A program made the translations under genes and the position numbers. A stretch of DNA of 64,000 nt from Felis catus (taxonomy: Eukaryota). Where the stretch lies: assembly GCF_018350175.1 (NCBI RefSeq), contig NC_058368.1, positions 75,270,001 to 75,334,000 of the forward strand, given 5' to 3'. Below, one piece after another: positions 37,723 through 50,639 of this stretch. The notes under the pieces are model-generated. The model searched no databases, was not told where the DNA came from, and worked only from the letters and a program-made list of their open reading frames with translations. The first letter of the stretch is position 1; the number at the start of each line of letters is the position of its first letter.

Positions 37723-39644
37723 TTCTTCCTCAGCCATACAAAGAGATACACCTGCTGCATACATGGCTAGTATATTAAAGGAGCACTTCAGAAGAAAATT
37801 ATTAAAACTAACATGACCTCTGGTTTCTTAACTAAACTTTTTGAGCCAGGAACAAATTATCATAAGAAACAATTTTATGATGATGAGTTTATAGCAAGGT
37901 TTGATTTGGATCTCACGTTCAATAAGCAAGGAGTCTACCCCCAAAAATGCAAGTAAAGAATCATTCTATGAGTAGATACATGTCTTGAATTTTTCTCCAT
38001 TGATAAAAAGATAACATTTTGAATATATGCCTTAAGACAAATGTACAAAAAAAGAAATTTTTATGTTATGTTCACTTTCATCTTAAGCGTGACATTTACT
38101 ATTGAAGATGCCACAATGAAACTTGGCCATGAATAATATTCAGAAAACTGGGACATTTTCGAATCACATTTATATCCCAATTTTTTAACACTGGAAAGTT
38201 CTGGTTGCTAAACTACAAATAGCAGAAAACCCAAATATGAACTATGGATAAAAGTCATAATCTACAAAGAGACAAATGCATTTAAATCAAGTCGTGTCAA
38301 GCATTTAAATCAGTATTGTTTTGAGGAACTGAAATCTTGAGCGACGATGCTCATGTTGCGTTACTATGAATGTTAGCTGCCAGAGCTGGTAAACTTTAAG
38401 AGAAAAAACAAGACTTTCTGGGGTCAATCACACTTGGGAAATAAGTGGAAAGGTTAGAGGGATTCCTTTAAAACTTATCGGAGGCCAAATAAACTAATAT
38501 TTTTAACATTTCCGAAAGTATACTACAGCATAGAGAGTGTCACCAATGTATGTAATTATGGAACTCATACCTGACAGTCACCTTGCAGGGTAAGAAGTCT
38601 TCCAATGCTTTTATGGAAACATTGTTTCAAATACGTCAGAATATTTTCAGAGTCAGTTTACTGGACAGGCATTTCTTTCGGGCCTCCTATATTCAAAATA
38701 TTTGGCATAGCGTTTGAAGGTATAGCTTGAGGTCAGGGTACTATGCTGACAAATATAAATAAGGAAGGTTATCATTAGGGGTTCATTTATTAAGGGGTTT
38801 ATTTATTCTTTTAGGCCAATTTGTCGAGAAAAAATTGTAAACATTTAAGCCTCTTATATCTTCTATATTCGTAGTAGGGTACATCGAAAATGATCGTTCT
38901 TAATGATTGCTCTCAATCAAGGAAGGATTATTACGAAGAGATAAAACTATGCTTACATTAAGTGGATACCATTCTACTATATTCATATTGTCATGATTGC
39001 AGTAATGGAAGAATCTGCTGGAAATGTTTATTGTTTACTAACTTATAACTGCATGCGTTCATAAATAGTAAAATTATGTGATGTGCAAAATATCTGTTTA
39101 GACAGAATATTTGTTGAAAACAACTTACATATATCGGGGTTATTATACCTTTAATTAGCTCACAATTTAATAACACGGGACACTAAATTTTCTAAATACT
39201 CGGGAGAAAACATAGTTTCCTGGAGCAGATTCATTTTAGAGTCATCGAATAAAATTCCAGTTGGTAATTCGCTCTGAAAAATGTTCTCAGGTCAGGTAAC
39301 GTTTCAATAATAAATTGTGCAGAGTATTTAGCTAACGACCCATCAACTGTATTCCATTGGTTTGCATCATTTAAAAATCAGAAGTTGTCATGCACATTTA
39401 AAGATGCCATTTGCATCTCGGAATTGATGTCATAAAGTAGTTATTCTAATTAGGGCTCTGTTCTAACTCAGCAATCAGAAAGGGAACCGAGAAAGGAATA
39501 CACACCTGGTGTGGACCCAGGAACCAAGCAGAGCAAACAGCAGTGGCCTCTAAACTTCTCGTATTTGAGTGGAAATTGTTATTCAAGAGAGAAAAAGAAA
39601 AAAAACAGAAGGATTCCACAATGACTTCAGATGATCTCAGGAGG

Positions 39645-39890
39645 CACAGTGACACCGTGGGAAAGGTCAAGGCACTGGAGTCCAAATAGCCTGGTGCCTT
39701 GTGCTGTGCCTTCCCCCCATTATCTCCGTGGGCTTGCTCAAGTCATTTACTTTCTCTAAACATAAAAGTCTCCGTTTGAAAAATGAAGACACTAAGTCTA
39801 CTTCATCGGGTGGTGGAGACAAGCAACGTCTCACACATGCCCAGTGCTCAGCGCAACCTTACGTTAGACAAACACTAAAGAGACGACTGC
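39645..39890 (+). mobile_element. MIR
   Basis: ggcactggagtccaaatagcctgg...gtgggcttgctcaagtcatttactttctct...aaaatgaag. Confidence 0.7.
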
Positions 39891-40921
39891 TTTTGTTAAA
39901 AATGCAAGATTTATTGAGTGTTCTGGAAGTTTGTAAGTTGTTAGATTATGCTTTCACCTCCTAATCAGAGTGGAGACAGTGTGAGGCTTATATGGTGGAA
40001 AATTTCTATATGCATCCTGCCTGAGATGTTACTATATATAAACCACTACATATAAAGTATTGAACATTGTCTCCATAGTTTAATGCTTCTCAAAGGTTAT
40101 CTGACTGCCCATTGCCCTGTTTCAGAACAAAGTATGCTGTAAAGGAAACATTTCTGCTCTCTACACAGGCAGTGTAAACACTAAACCCTGTGTGCATATA
40201 TGTAAAATATATAGAGTGCAAATATGCCTTTTGGCAAATGTCAGAACCAGGTAAGATCTAACCAAGATTTTCATCAAGTTAGCTTTATCAATTCAGCACC
40301 TTCTTTGGAACGCAGGAGAAAGCAAACCAAGAGTCACTCAGAGCCTACCCCAAACGATCTGTCAGTCTGGGATCACGTCTTCATTTCTGTGCATTTTTCA
40401 TGCCTTGGAAGCAGCTTGTGAAAATCTTCTCTGACTGACAGCAATGAACTGTCAGAGGTATTAATGAGCGTTCTATCATTCAGCTGCCAACGGACCCCAT
40501 GTAAAAGAGTGATTGAAAACACCGTCTCGCATCGACTAACTAATGGCACATTTTGTCTCAAAACGGTCTCTAGCTAAAAGGATCTAAAGTATTCTTACAC
40601 TAGTAAGATAAGAGGAGGGGAGCCTATGTTCTTTCTCATATCGTGCTGATACTCGATATACAGTGTAAGTGCTAGGCAGCACTGGAAAGTCTTGCCTTTC
40701 TAAACTCACCGAAATCCACAGCGCAGACAGGCAAATCATTTTGGAAATATATCTATTACTCAGAGAAGTTTCAAGTAAAATACACAGTTTGTCCATATCT
40801 ATAGAACATCCGGAGGAAAAGTGACTCTGATGTTTGAATTACTGGAATAGAACATTTGATTATCTACTTCACTTTGAGCATGTAGACACAGTTTCGGAGG
40901 GTAATTTCAGAAATTTCAGAA

Positions 40922-41194
40922 ATATATATATATGTATATATATACATATATATATATACACATGTATATACATATATGTATATACATATACATATATGTG
41001 CATGTATACACATATGTATATATACACATATAAGTGTACATATGTACCTATGCATGTACATATGTGTACATGTGTACACACATGTATATACATATATGTG
41101 TATGTGTGTACATATGTACATATGTATGTACATATGTGTGCATATGTACACATGTATACATATGTATATATATACATAAAATACACACACACAT
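40922..41194. repeat. Compound (TA)/(CA)/(TG) alternating purine-pyrimidine tract
   Basis: About 270 bp of near-continuous RY alternation. Confidence 0.95.
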
Positions 41195-42900
41195 AGGCAC
41201 ATGCTGTTGTCTGAATCAGGTTTCAACAATCCTATTGAGAAAAAAACCTGCTGGCATTGATCCACTCTAATATATATTCGAACGAAGCTCATAAGAAACA
41301 AGGATTTGGGTCATATTCCTTTGGGAGAGCCAAAGTGAGCCACAGAATGCCAGCACACTTGTACTTGGCAGACTGGATAAAAACGTGCATAAATTTACAA
41401 CAAAACTATTTTCAGTTTGCACTGTAATATTTTCTCAGATTATTTACTTTTATTGCACTATTTATTAGACTCACAATAGGGTTCTGTGGCCACGACGAAG
41501 TAACGGACAATGTCTGAGGAAATGGATAATGAGGATAAGGGTAACACACAGGTGCAGCCATGCAATTGAACCATTTATTAAGTTTATTAGCCTTTTTATT
41601 GCACGTGCCCATACAAAAGCTACATTGAAAGGAGGGGAAAGTTCTGGTGCAAGCTAAAAGCAGGGAAGCTTAATGTTAAGGATGCACTTTTATTTTTGAA
41701 TCGCCCCATTGGAGAGTATACATAGACATAAAACATAGAACTTCAGTCCTTCTAAATGAAAAAACGAACCTGGAAACCGAATGGAATTACTGCTGCGAAA
41801 GACAAAGTGTTCTCCTGAACTGTACTCAATTGAGCTAGACCAAATTCCATTTTTAAATAAATACGATTATGTATTTACATTTGATATTTCAGATATGTGG
41901 GAAGAAGGCATGGTTTATTTGTTGATTTGACCGAGTTGAAAGAGACTGTCAGGAATAATAGTCTAAACCTACCTGCCTGCTTCAATCAGGGTTCTGCCAC
42001 GTGACACAAATGCCAATGTGACAGAAAAGATGATTTTGAATGGCAGGCTCAGGGTGGCCTTGGGCAAAATATCGAAAACCGGTAGATATCTTGGTCCTCT
42101 CCGTGCAACCCAATTAGTGCCCCTTTTCTCCCTTCAAGCCACTGTCTGACCTCCACCCCAGGCCCTTATTCCGGATTCTAGGCAAGCCTCTGTAAAGTGA
42201 TAGAAGTTTCGTAACTAGCAAAGGTGTAACTTGAACCTTTTGTTAGTCAGAAGGTGTCCAAATGTGACGTCTTTCTCTCCTAAAGGCACCTGTCTGACTG
42301 CCCATTGCAAATCCTGACCCGAATATTAAACCCTTTGCATGAATCTGAATAAATGGACACTAGATATGACATACCTAAAAAGAACCCATTCTTGGTCCAG
42401 AATAAAGATATGCATTTTCATATGATACCGCCTCAAATATTGCGGTCCCAGCATAGCACAACAGACCAAATCACAGCTCAGCTCTCCCCGCATGGAGACA
42501 TATAAGGTTGATTGCAGGCTACATCGTTCTTCTGTACAACTTAATCACTTTACATTCTGAGATGTTCAATGAGAGAATTTATGTTGAGCTTCTCGACAAG
42601 TCAATCTACTGCAATTTGTTTCAGGTACACGACAGTTACGTCGTATTGTTTGCAACCGCCTTTGTGTTCTTGGTTTTGTTTTCACGCGATATTCTTAGTT
42701 TGTTTCTGGTCTACTTTTTGTCTACAACAACCTGTTGCCTGTCAACATCGGTTAGTGTGTAGATAATATACACAAACTTATCTTGACATAAGCTGTATTT
42801 ATGTGGAGGAACTTTTGCTCGTTTTATAGCTTATTCTGTGTCTTGCAGAGCTAACTCACCCATGTCTGCAGTTTAACCAACTGTCTCTTCCCTAATTCTT

Positions 42901-43108
42901 TTTTTATAATCTTTTTACATTGATTTGTCTATTTTGAGAGAGAAAGCATGAGTGGGGAGTGCAGAGAGAGAAGGATAGAGAGAGAAGCCCAAGCAGGCTC
43001 CGCACTGTCAGCACAGAGCCCCATGTGGGACTCGAACTCGTGAACCATGTGATCATGACCTGAGCCAAAGTCAGACACTCAATCAACTGAGCCACCTTCA
43101 GGCGCCCC
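42901..43108 (-). mobile_element. CanSINE
   Basis: Degenerate TSD tcttccctaattctt / tctttcctacttctt. Confidence 0.94.
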
Positions 43109-44298
43109 TCTTTCCTACTTCTTAATCTCCTAGGTGGACCTCTCTCACAAATTTCATCCTCGAATATTAAACACCTACTAAGCATTCCCATGTGTCTGGG
43201 AAGGAAGCTCTCTTCCATTATTTTTCTTACTTCTGCCTTTCTTCTGTGGAGTACTATTTATACTTACTTTGCTTTCTTACTTGTGATTAGATAAAGGGTG
43301 GAAAAATAACCATCCGATTGTTTCAGAACCAAGAGAGCTGGCTGGCTGAGTTAGGGATCCTGGCTTTTAGAGGAGGTTGGATATTTTGCTGTTTGTTCAA
43401 AGGGACCAACTCCCAGTTAGATTCTCACACATTTAAAAAAAGAATCTCATAGGAAGCAGAAAATTTTAAAGTTTGGAGCACGGGGATTTTCATATTTATG
43501 GGATGGTTTCATAGCGATTCATTAATTGATAATTGAAAGGAGCACTCTGCATACGCCAGGACCATCCACACAGAATTGTCAAAACAAATCCCATTGTTCT
43601 TTAATTATGACAGGATTGTCAAGTTAGATTTAGGGAACATCTGCCCTACTGTGTCACTCAAAATCCATCCTTCTTTATAGATTTAGCCAGTTAGGACGGT
43701 TACTGTGAAACATGGCATGCTGTTTTGGTGTCCCCCCGGCTTACTTATACTAGGAAGGCAATCGATGGGGAAGAATTAAATAAAAATATTTTAATACCAC
43801 ATTGTTGAATCTGAAAGATCTCATACTATTTCATTTTTCCTAATTTCTAAAAAAAATGCATTGTGAATGCTCGACAAATGCAAAAAAAAAAGCATAAGAA
43901 AATTGCATTAATTCACATTCACAAAAGGCTATTGTTCTCAGTGCATTGTTTACCTTCCAGGTCACATAAAGAGAGTGATATATCGATTTATATTAGAAAT
44001 GCTGTGTAAAATTGGAAAAAGGGTATGCTACTCTATCATTTATTTGAGTTTATATACTTTAGATGTTTGGTATATTGAGTTTATACACTTTAGACATTTG
44101 ACAGTTGTCCACAGGACTTCTAATGGCTACACAACATTTGAGATCATAGCTCTATAAACTACCACCCATGAGCCAAACCAGCCTGCCTCCTGTTTTTGTT
44201 AAGAGTCCTGCAAGCTAAGCAAGACTGTTAGAGATGAATGTTTGCAGTTGATTTGATCACAAGGAACACTAACTTTGAACCGTCATTAAGTAAAATGT

Positions 44299-44302
<4 letters not shown>

Positions 44303-44340
<38 letters not shown>
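44303..44340. repeat. (CA)n microsatellite
   Basis: Direct reading. Confidence 0.95.
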
Positions 44341-44342
<2 letters not shown>

Positions 44343-44366
44343 TTCCATTATTTTCATCAGCAGAAC

Positions 44367-45260
44367 TGTGATAGAACTCTAAATGTGCCCCTCACCAAAA
44401 TTCTAATTCTTAGGTATTCAATCAAATACTAATCTAGGTACTGGTATAAAGGGCTTTTGCAATGGAATCAAGGATACTCATCCACTGACCTGAAGACAGA
44501 TTTTTCCTGGGTTATCCCAATGGACCCAATGCCATCACATAAACCCTTAAGAGCCAAAGGGACTGTCAGAAAGATGCATAAAAGAGGAAGTGGGAGAGGC
44601 GAGGCAAAGAGGAGGTCCATGAGATTTCTTTTTTTTTTTTATTTTAAAAAATTTTTAATGTTTATTTATTTATTTATTTATTTTTGGAGAGAGAGACAGA
44701 GCACGAGCAGGAGAGGGGCAGAGAAAGAAGGAGACACAGAATCTGAAGCAGGCTCCAGGCGCCAAGGTGTCAGCACAGAGACTGATGTGGGGCTCGAACT
44801 CATGAGCTGTGAGATCATGACCTGAGTGGAAGTTGGACACTTAACCGACTGAGCCACCCAGGTGCTGCTCCACAAGATTTCGTAATATGAAGACTCAATC
44901 CTTTGCTGTGTATCTGACGGTGGAGGAATTTGCCCATGAGCCAAAGAATGCACTAGGGTCTCTAGAAGCTGGGGATGTTTTGCTGGCAAAACAATGGGGT
45001 CCTTAATCCTTCAATCACAGGGAACTAAAGTCTCTCAACAGTCTGAATGACCTAGAACAAATTCTCCAAGAGAGTTTCCAGACAGGCGTATAACCCTGGT
45101 GATAGCTTGATGTTTGATGTTGACCCTGTAAAAATCCTGAGTCGAGAAACAGCTGAGCTATGCTGTGCCTGGACTTCTTCTCCTCAGGATGGTGAGCAAG
45201 TAAGCAGGTGTTTTAAGACAGTAATTTGTGGTAACATGTTAAGGCATCAATAGAAAATTC
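44367..45260 (+). mobile_element. MaLR LTR MLT1E-like (SINE-interrupted)
   Basis: tattcaatcaaatactaatctaggtactg, ctctagaagctgg, gctgtgcctggacttct, aatttgtggtaac...gcatcaatagaaaa. Confidence 0.8.
44629..44868 (-). mobile_element. CanSINE inside MLT1E
   Basis: TSD tccatgagatttc / tccacaagatttc. Confidence 0.94.
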
Positions 45261-45543
45261 TTGTGAAACCCGTAATATATTAGTATATTTTGAATTCAAT
45301 TAAATATTTGTGAAAAATTACCTTCCTTTTCGTTACACCTACAGAATAGGTGCTTACTTATATTTTCCCCTTGGCACACAAAATCTAAAATATTTACCAT
45401 CTGGTTCCTTTGCGAGAAAGTTTGCCAACTCCTGCTCTAGATTATATATTTCTAATAATACGTGCTATGGCTCTCTTAATGTCGAAATGTTCTGTTTTCC
45501 ATGCCCCATTCTCATTTACTACACTTGGATTTCTTCACACGTG

Positions 45544-45545
45544 CA

Positions 45546-45581
<36 letters not shown>
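45544..45581. repeat. (CA)n microsatellite
   Basis: Direct reading; one TA interruption. Confidence 0.93.
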
Positions 45582-45584
<3 letters not shown>

Positions 45585-46214
45585 AAAGGTCCGTGAAGAT
45601 CCACAGTGGTGATTTTTCAGGGCACGTTAACTCAAAAAAATAATCTACAACCTTACTGGGGCCTTGGTTGCTATTTGTGTAAAAAATTTAGGCTCAACAT
45701 GACCACCAATGTTACCAGGCTAATTTCAGCTTCACAGATGATGGGGGTCCATGCGTTACCAGTTGGGTTAATGTCCAATGACATTGTTTCCACTTACACT
45801 ATAGTCTCAGAGTAGCGCACCCTTCATCCTCTGTGGACTTGTAGGTGCAAAGAGCAATCATGTTACTTTGAATATCTATACTTATCTTAGATGAACACTT
45901 TTATGCCTAAAAAAAGACAAAACACGCTAATTCAGATGATGTATCACTGAATATCTTAATTAATTCAGAGTTAGAAGCAAGTGAAAAAATGGAAGTCAAA
46001 TTGACAAAAGACAAATCGCTACAAATAAAAAAGAAACAAGAGAAAGAAACGTGTCAGAAAATGTTCATTTTAATTTATTAATTTAATTTTATGTTTAATA
46101 TATTCAGCCAATAAGAAAAAAAAATTATCCACTAAAGACGCACCTTTAAGAAATCTAATTCTTAGAATGATGTGTTATTAATTTGTCAAGAGTTAATATA
46201 CCTTCTGGAAAGTA

Positions 46215-46370
46215 GAGAAGAGAGAATCGGCGTTAGATTCCGACCTCCCGAGGGGAAATCCCAACTCTGCAACATGTTAGCTTTGTGACTACAGACAACT
46301 TATATAACCTGTCTTGGTATTAGTTCCTCACCTAAAAAAATAAGTAGAGAATATTCTTAGTTCATAAGGC
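46215..46370 (+). mobile_element. MIR fragment
   Basis: aaatcccaactctgcaacatgttagctttgtgactacagacaacttatataacct...agttcctcacctaaaaaa. Confidence 0.7.
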
Positions 46371-46546
46371 ATTTAAGGTAATTATTTACTTTTCCTCATG
46401 CAATGTGACCAGCCTAGCTCCTGATGCAGAATAGAGTTGTTGCTGTGTTTTAAATACCACTGTCATCATCACAGTCAAAACTAAAATCAACATTGTGCAA
46501 TGAATTTCTCAGCCCCATCATCTCAAACAGGTCATAACAGATTGTA

Positions 46547-46754
46547 TTTTATTAAATATTTGTTTATGTTTGAGAGAGAGAAAAAGAGAGAGCGAACAAT
46601 CAAGGGAGGGACAGAGAGAGGGAGACACAGAATCCGAAGCAGGTTCCAGGCTCTGAGCTCTCAGCCCTGAGCCTATCACGGGGCTTGAACTCACCAAGTG
46701 TGAGATCGTGACTTGGGCCAAAGGCAGACGTTTACCTGACTGAGCCACCCGGGC
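46547..46754 (-). mobile_element. CanSINE
   Basis: Reverse SINE body with GA tract. Confidence 0.92.
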
Positions 46755-47744
46755 AATTTAAGAGTGAATGCTCTTCTCACACCCAACTGTGTCCAAATCC
46801 CAGTTCTGCCACCTACCAACAACCACCTTATTTATTCTTCCCTCCATTTAATTGTCTATGCAATTCAAAACAGTGGCGACATTGGAGGGCCAGGGATAGG
46901 ATTCAAGGGTTTGATAAAAAGTGCTTAGAACGGTGTCTGCAATGAAATAAGTGTTAGCTTTCACTCCCTCAAACGCTTCTCTGCACGGGTCAAATTTCCG
47001 ATTTGCAATTTCCGCGTATGTGTGTCTGTATAAACCTTACAAACATCATTATCATCCGAAATCCTCCCCCCACCGACCCCGTTCGATGTGATTACTAATA
47101 ATCAGAACCTTTCTGGTGGCGGTATTAAGATCTCTGGCTTAGAAGCAAACTAGACACTGATAACATAAAATTCTTGGGAAAAGTTTCCTAAAAATTGTCA
47201 AAGCCACATGGACATTCTTCTACCCGTGTAAAACTATGTTAAGTCAGGCACTCATGCTAGTCAAATTAACTTCCAAGCATTAGGGATTTTGGGCAGCTAA
47301 GCTATACTATTTTGTATACCTGCCTGTTGCATTAGGCACTCTCTGGATAACTGTCCGGGCTCCTACTATCCCTGGGATCTTTCCTGTCCATCTCCTTTTT
47401 CCCAGGTCTAAGCCCTACCTCAGAAAAGGCTGTGCACAGAAGCTTCCAGGAGCAGAGCAGACCCAGGAATTTACTGGTGGTGGTGAGGAAATCGTCTGCA
47501 TGCCTGGAACCCAACCAGGAGACTGTTGACTTAATCATGCCATACGACAGAGCCAACATTTGAAAGCTGTGAGAGACGGAGATTTTTCACACTTATTTAT
47601 TGATTTTTACCCTGCCACCAAGTGAATCATTTAAAGTACTCATGCTATAGCTAGTATTGCCATTACGAGGGTCTTTGGTATGATCATTTCATTACCTAGT
47701 ATGAGCCTGGATTAAGCAAAATCAGTTTGGTTAATTTTAGAAGT

Positions 47745-47954
47745 GTTTTTTTTTTTTTATTTTTTTTATTGAAAGAGAGAGACAGAACATGAGCATGGGA
47801 GGGGCATAGAGAGGAGGAGACACAGAGTCCGAGACAGGCTCCAGGCTCTGAGCTGTCAGCACAGAGCCTGACATGGGGCTTGAACTCACGAACTGCAAGA
47901 TTGTGACCTGAGCTGAAGTCGGACGCTTAACCGATTGAGCCACCCAGGAGCCCC
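47745..47954 (-). mobile_element. CanSINE
   Basis: TSD attttagaagt. Confidence 0.95.
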
Positions 47955-48061
47955 TCATTTTAGAAGTTCTTAAAACTTCACCTACCTTTGTATTTAATTC
48001 TTGAGCCCAGGGCCGAGAAAGATAGATATATTTAGAGGAAAATAAGAAAATGTAAGGTACT

Positions 48062-48281
48062 GGGGTGCCTGGGTGGCACAGTCGGTTAAGCGTCCGACTT
48101 CAGCCAGGTCATGATCTCGCGGTCCGTGAGTTCGAGCCCTGCGTCAGGCTCTGGGCTGATGGCTCGGAGCCTGGAGCCTGTTTCCGATTCTGTGTCTCCC
48201 TCTCTTTCTGCCCCTCCCCCGTTCATGCTCTGTCTCTCTCTGTCCCAAAAATAAATAAACGTTGAAAAAAAAATTTTTTTT
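48062..48281 (+). mobile_element. Young felid CanSINE
   Basis: Perfect TSD AAGAAAATGTAAGGTAC (48044-48060, 48282-48298). Confidence 0.97.
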
Positions 48282-48983
48282 AAGAAAATGTAAGGTACAC
48301 ATTTGTTGCCAAATATACTCAAACCTCACTTGGCTTAAATTGTGACCTATGATTGACAGGCAAATGGGACTGACTTCGCTTTTCACACGCATAAGTAAAT
48401 GCATTTGCAATAAAAAGCAAAATGGGGGGGGGGCAAATTTTGTCAGGACTTAGGCCCTTTGGCCACTTATAACACTTAAGAGAGATATTAAAATATTACG
48501 GATAGAGGAATCTTCTATAAGATTATAAGAAGGGATAAATATATTTATTTTCCATATTACTTTCAGTCCCTCTATACCAGAATATTCCCATCACTAAAAT
48601 GTCTCCAATAGATTCCAGAATGTTTCCAGTAACCCTCAACCCTCTAATCATCCTAATCCCAGGCATTAAAAATCCTATTCAGTCCAAGGTGGAATTGTCC
48701 ATCATACATCCCCTCCAAGACATTGCTCCTCCCAGACTTTGTTGTGACTTGTGACAGGAACCTGAGGAAGAGAAGGGGGGTGAGTGGTTCCCAGATCCCG
48801 TCTCTGGGCCCCCCTGCATTCTGTGCTCTTGGCCCCCCAGCCCTGGGGCAGGAGTCGGAGCAGAGACAAGCTGGTGATCAGGTAGGGATTGATTAGGGTC
48901 AATCCCAATGATTGTCTTTCTGATGGGCTTTTGGGGCCTCCCCTTCTGAAAATGTTCATTGCCCCATTCCCAAGTGCTAACTG

Positions 48984-49032
48984 CTGCTGTCCTGCTGTCC
49001 TGCTGTCCTGCTGTCCTGGAGGCTGTCCTGCT
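48984..49032. repeat. (CTGCTGTC)n 8-bp tandem repeat
   Basis: Four exact units plus degenerate ones. Confidence 0.9.
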
Positions 49033-50027
49033 CCAGCTGCCCCTACAGGTACACTGTCAGGATCACACAACATGGCAGGCAACTCCCAGAAGGTCCTAAC
49101 AAGGGAAGTCGAGTTTGGCTGCCTTCTGCGTCAGCACCAAAACCATGAACCCAATGAACTCAATGCCTCAGTGCTTCCTAGGGCTCGGACTTCAGGACGC
49201 TCACAGGGCATCTCTGCTTTTCCTCAAGAGCAGCTGTGGTCTGCTAATAGCAGGTGCTCCCTTGGGAGAGCAGAGAGCAGTCCCTGTGCCTGGTCCTCCA
49301 GCGGAACCATTTCATGTGTTCAAGTCGCTCCTGGAAATCTTCCTTCACTTGCTTTGAAGCAGAAGTGAAGCAGAAGCTTCTCACCCCAAACCGTAGGAGA
49401 AAAGGTTTAGAAAACTCAGGGCTCGGCCGACGGATCTCACAAATGTGTCTCATCAGATGTCCTCCAAGATGGCAGCTAGTTTCCTTCCCACACGGGCTGG
49501 AGTAGGAGAGAGCCTCTCAGCAGCAGGGACAGATTCCCCCCACCCAGTGGGCAAATTTGGATAGATGGTTTCATTATTTTCCGAGATGTCTGAGCATTCT
49601 TTAGGAGGGGCCAGCACTAAAGCTCATTCTTCTCTCTGGATTTGGCGATAAGAAAAGTCCCATTTAACAGTCTGTTAGATTGTATTATCTTCCAAAGTGT
49701 TTATTCTCACTAAGATTTCTTCAGATTTCAAATAAAAATGGCCTATCATAAATACAGGATAAAACAATAAAAAATTAAAAAAAAAAAAAAAAAAAAAGAG
49801 AAACCTCCGTGGAAAATCAAGAACACCTTGAGCAACAGGAAGGAGAAATTAACTCAAGTAGAGTCCCTGAAGGAAATATCCACATTCTTATTCTACCCTA
49901 AACTCAGGATACTGATAATTTCAGAATCTCTTTTCTGAATTTCGTCCACCTCTTGTATTACATTATGAGGTCCATGAGGACAGATTCTTTTTCCACTGTT
50001 GTATCACCAGGATCTAAACCAGTCTTT

Positions 50028-50249
50028 TTTTTTTTTTTTTAATTTTTTTTCAACGTTTTTTTTTGGGACAGAGAGAGACAGAGCATGAACGGGGGAGGGG
50101 CAGAGAGAGAGGGAGACACAGAATCAGAAACAGGCTCCAGGCTCCGAGCCATCAGCCCAGAGCCCGACGTGGGGCTCGAACTCACGGACCGCGAGATCGT
50201 GACCTGGCTGAAGTCGGATGCTTAACCGACTACGCCACCCAGGCGCCCC
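50028..50249 (-). mobile_element. Young felid CanSINE
   Basis: Perfect TSD TAAACCAGTCTTT (50015-50027, 50250-50262). Confidence 0.97.
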
Positions 50250-50639
50250 TAAACCAGTCTTTAGAAATGAATGTTTGATGATTGAATGATCGAGGGAAGC
50301 AGTGAGCAAATGGCCTATTTATAAGGGAATAGCCACATGATTGACTAGGGCATATTTTTTAATACATTTCATCAAGTCTTTTAATTTTTGAAACGATTCA
50401 GCAAAGACAAAGGGAGGATAGAAATATGTTAAAAATTTCTATGCTACTGTCATTGTTCAGTGCAACAGAAAAGTATCAATTTCATTTTGTCATTTAATAT
50501 GCAGGTTACGATTTTCCATTATAACCACCCGAAGAATGGAAAGTATGTATAACTCTCAAACCAGTAGAAGAAAAGACAAGGATAGGAAAGTTGAATCCAA
50601 ACATAAAACAAAAGAGAAAGATAAACATACTAGAAAAAG

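Larger units (their letters stand above)
44156..45434 (+). mobile_element. MER58-family hAT-Charlie MITE (split by MLT1E)
   Basis: 5' aaactaccacccatgagccaaaccagcctgcctcctgtttttgt; 3' ctaaaatatttaccatctggttcctttgcgagaaagtttgccaactcctg. Confidence 0.75.

Noticed and set aside
40834..41301. Five overlapping ORFs rich in Y/I/C/H/M/T/V
   Set aside because: Artefact of the dinucleotide repeat tract.
47406..47482. Plus-strand exon-like segment (tttttcccag| ... gtg|gtgagg)
   Set aside because: 77 nt, unrecognised peptide and no supporting neighbours; consistent with chance.
48889..49368. Longest ORF (159 aa) with Cys clusters
   Set aside because: Non-ATG start, the Cys pattern comes from the (CTGCTGTC)n repeat, and I see no recognisable domain or exon structure.
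49766..49797. AATAAA plus an A-run, suggesting a processed pseudogene end
   Set aside because: No TSD or upstream coding similarity is visible.
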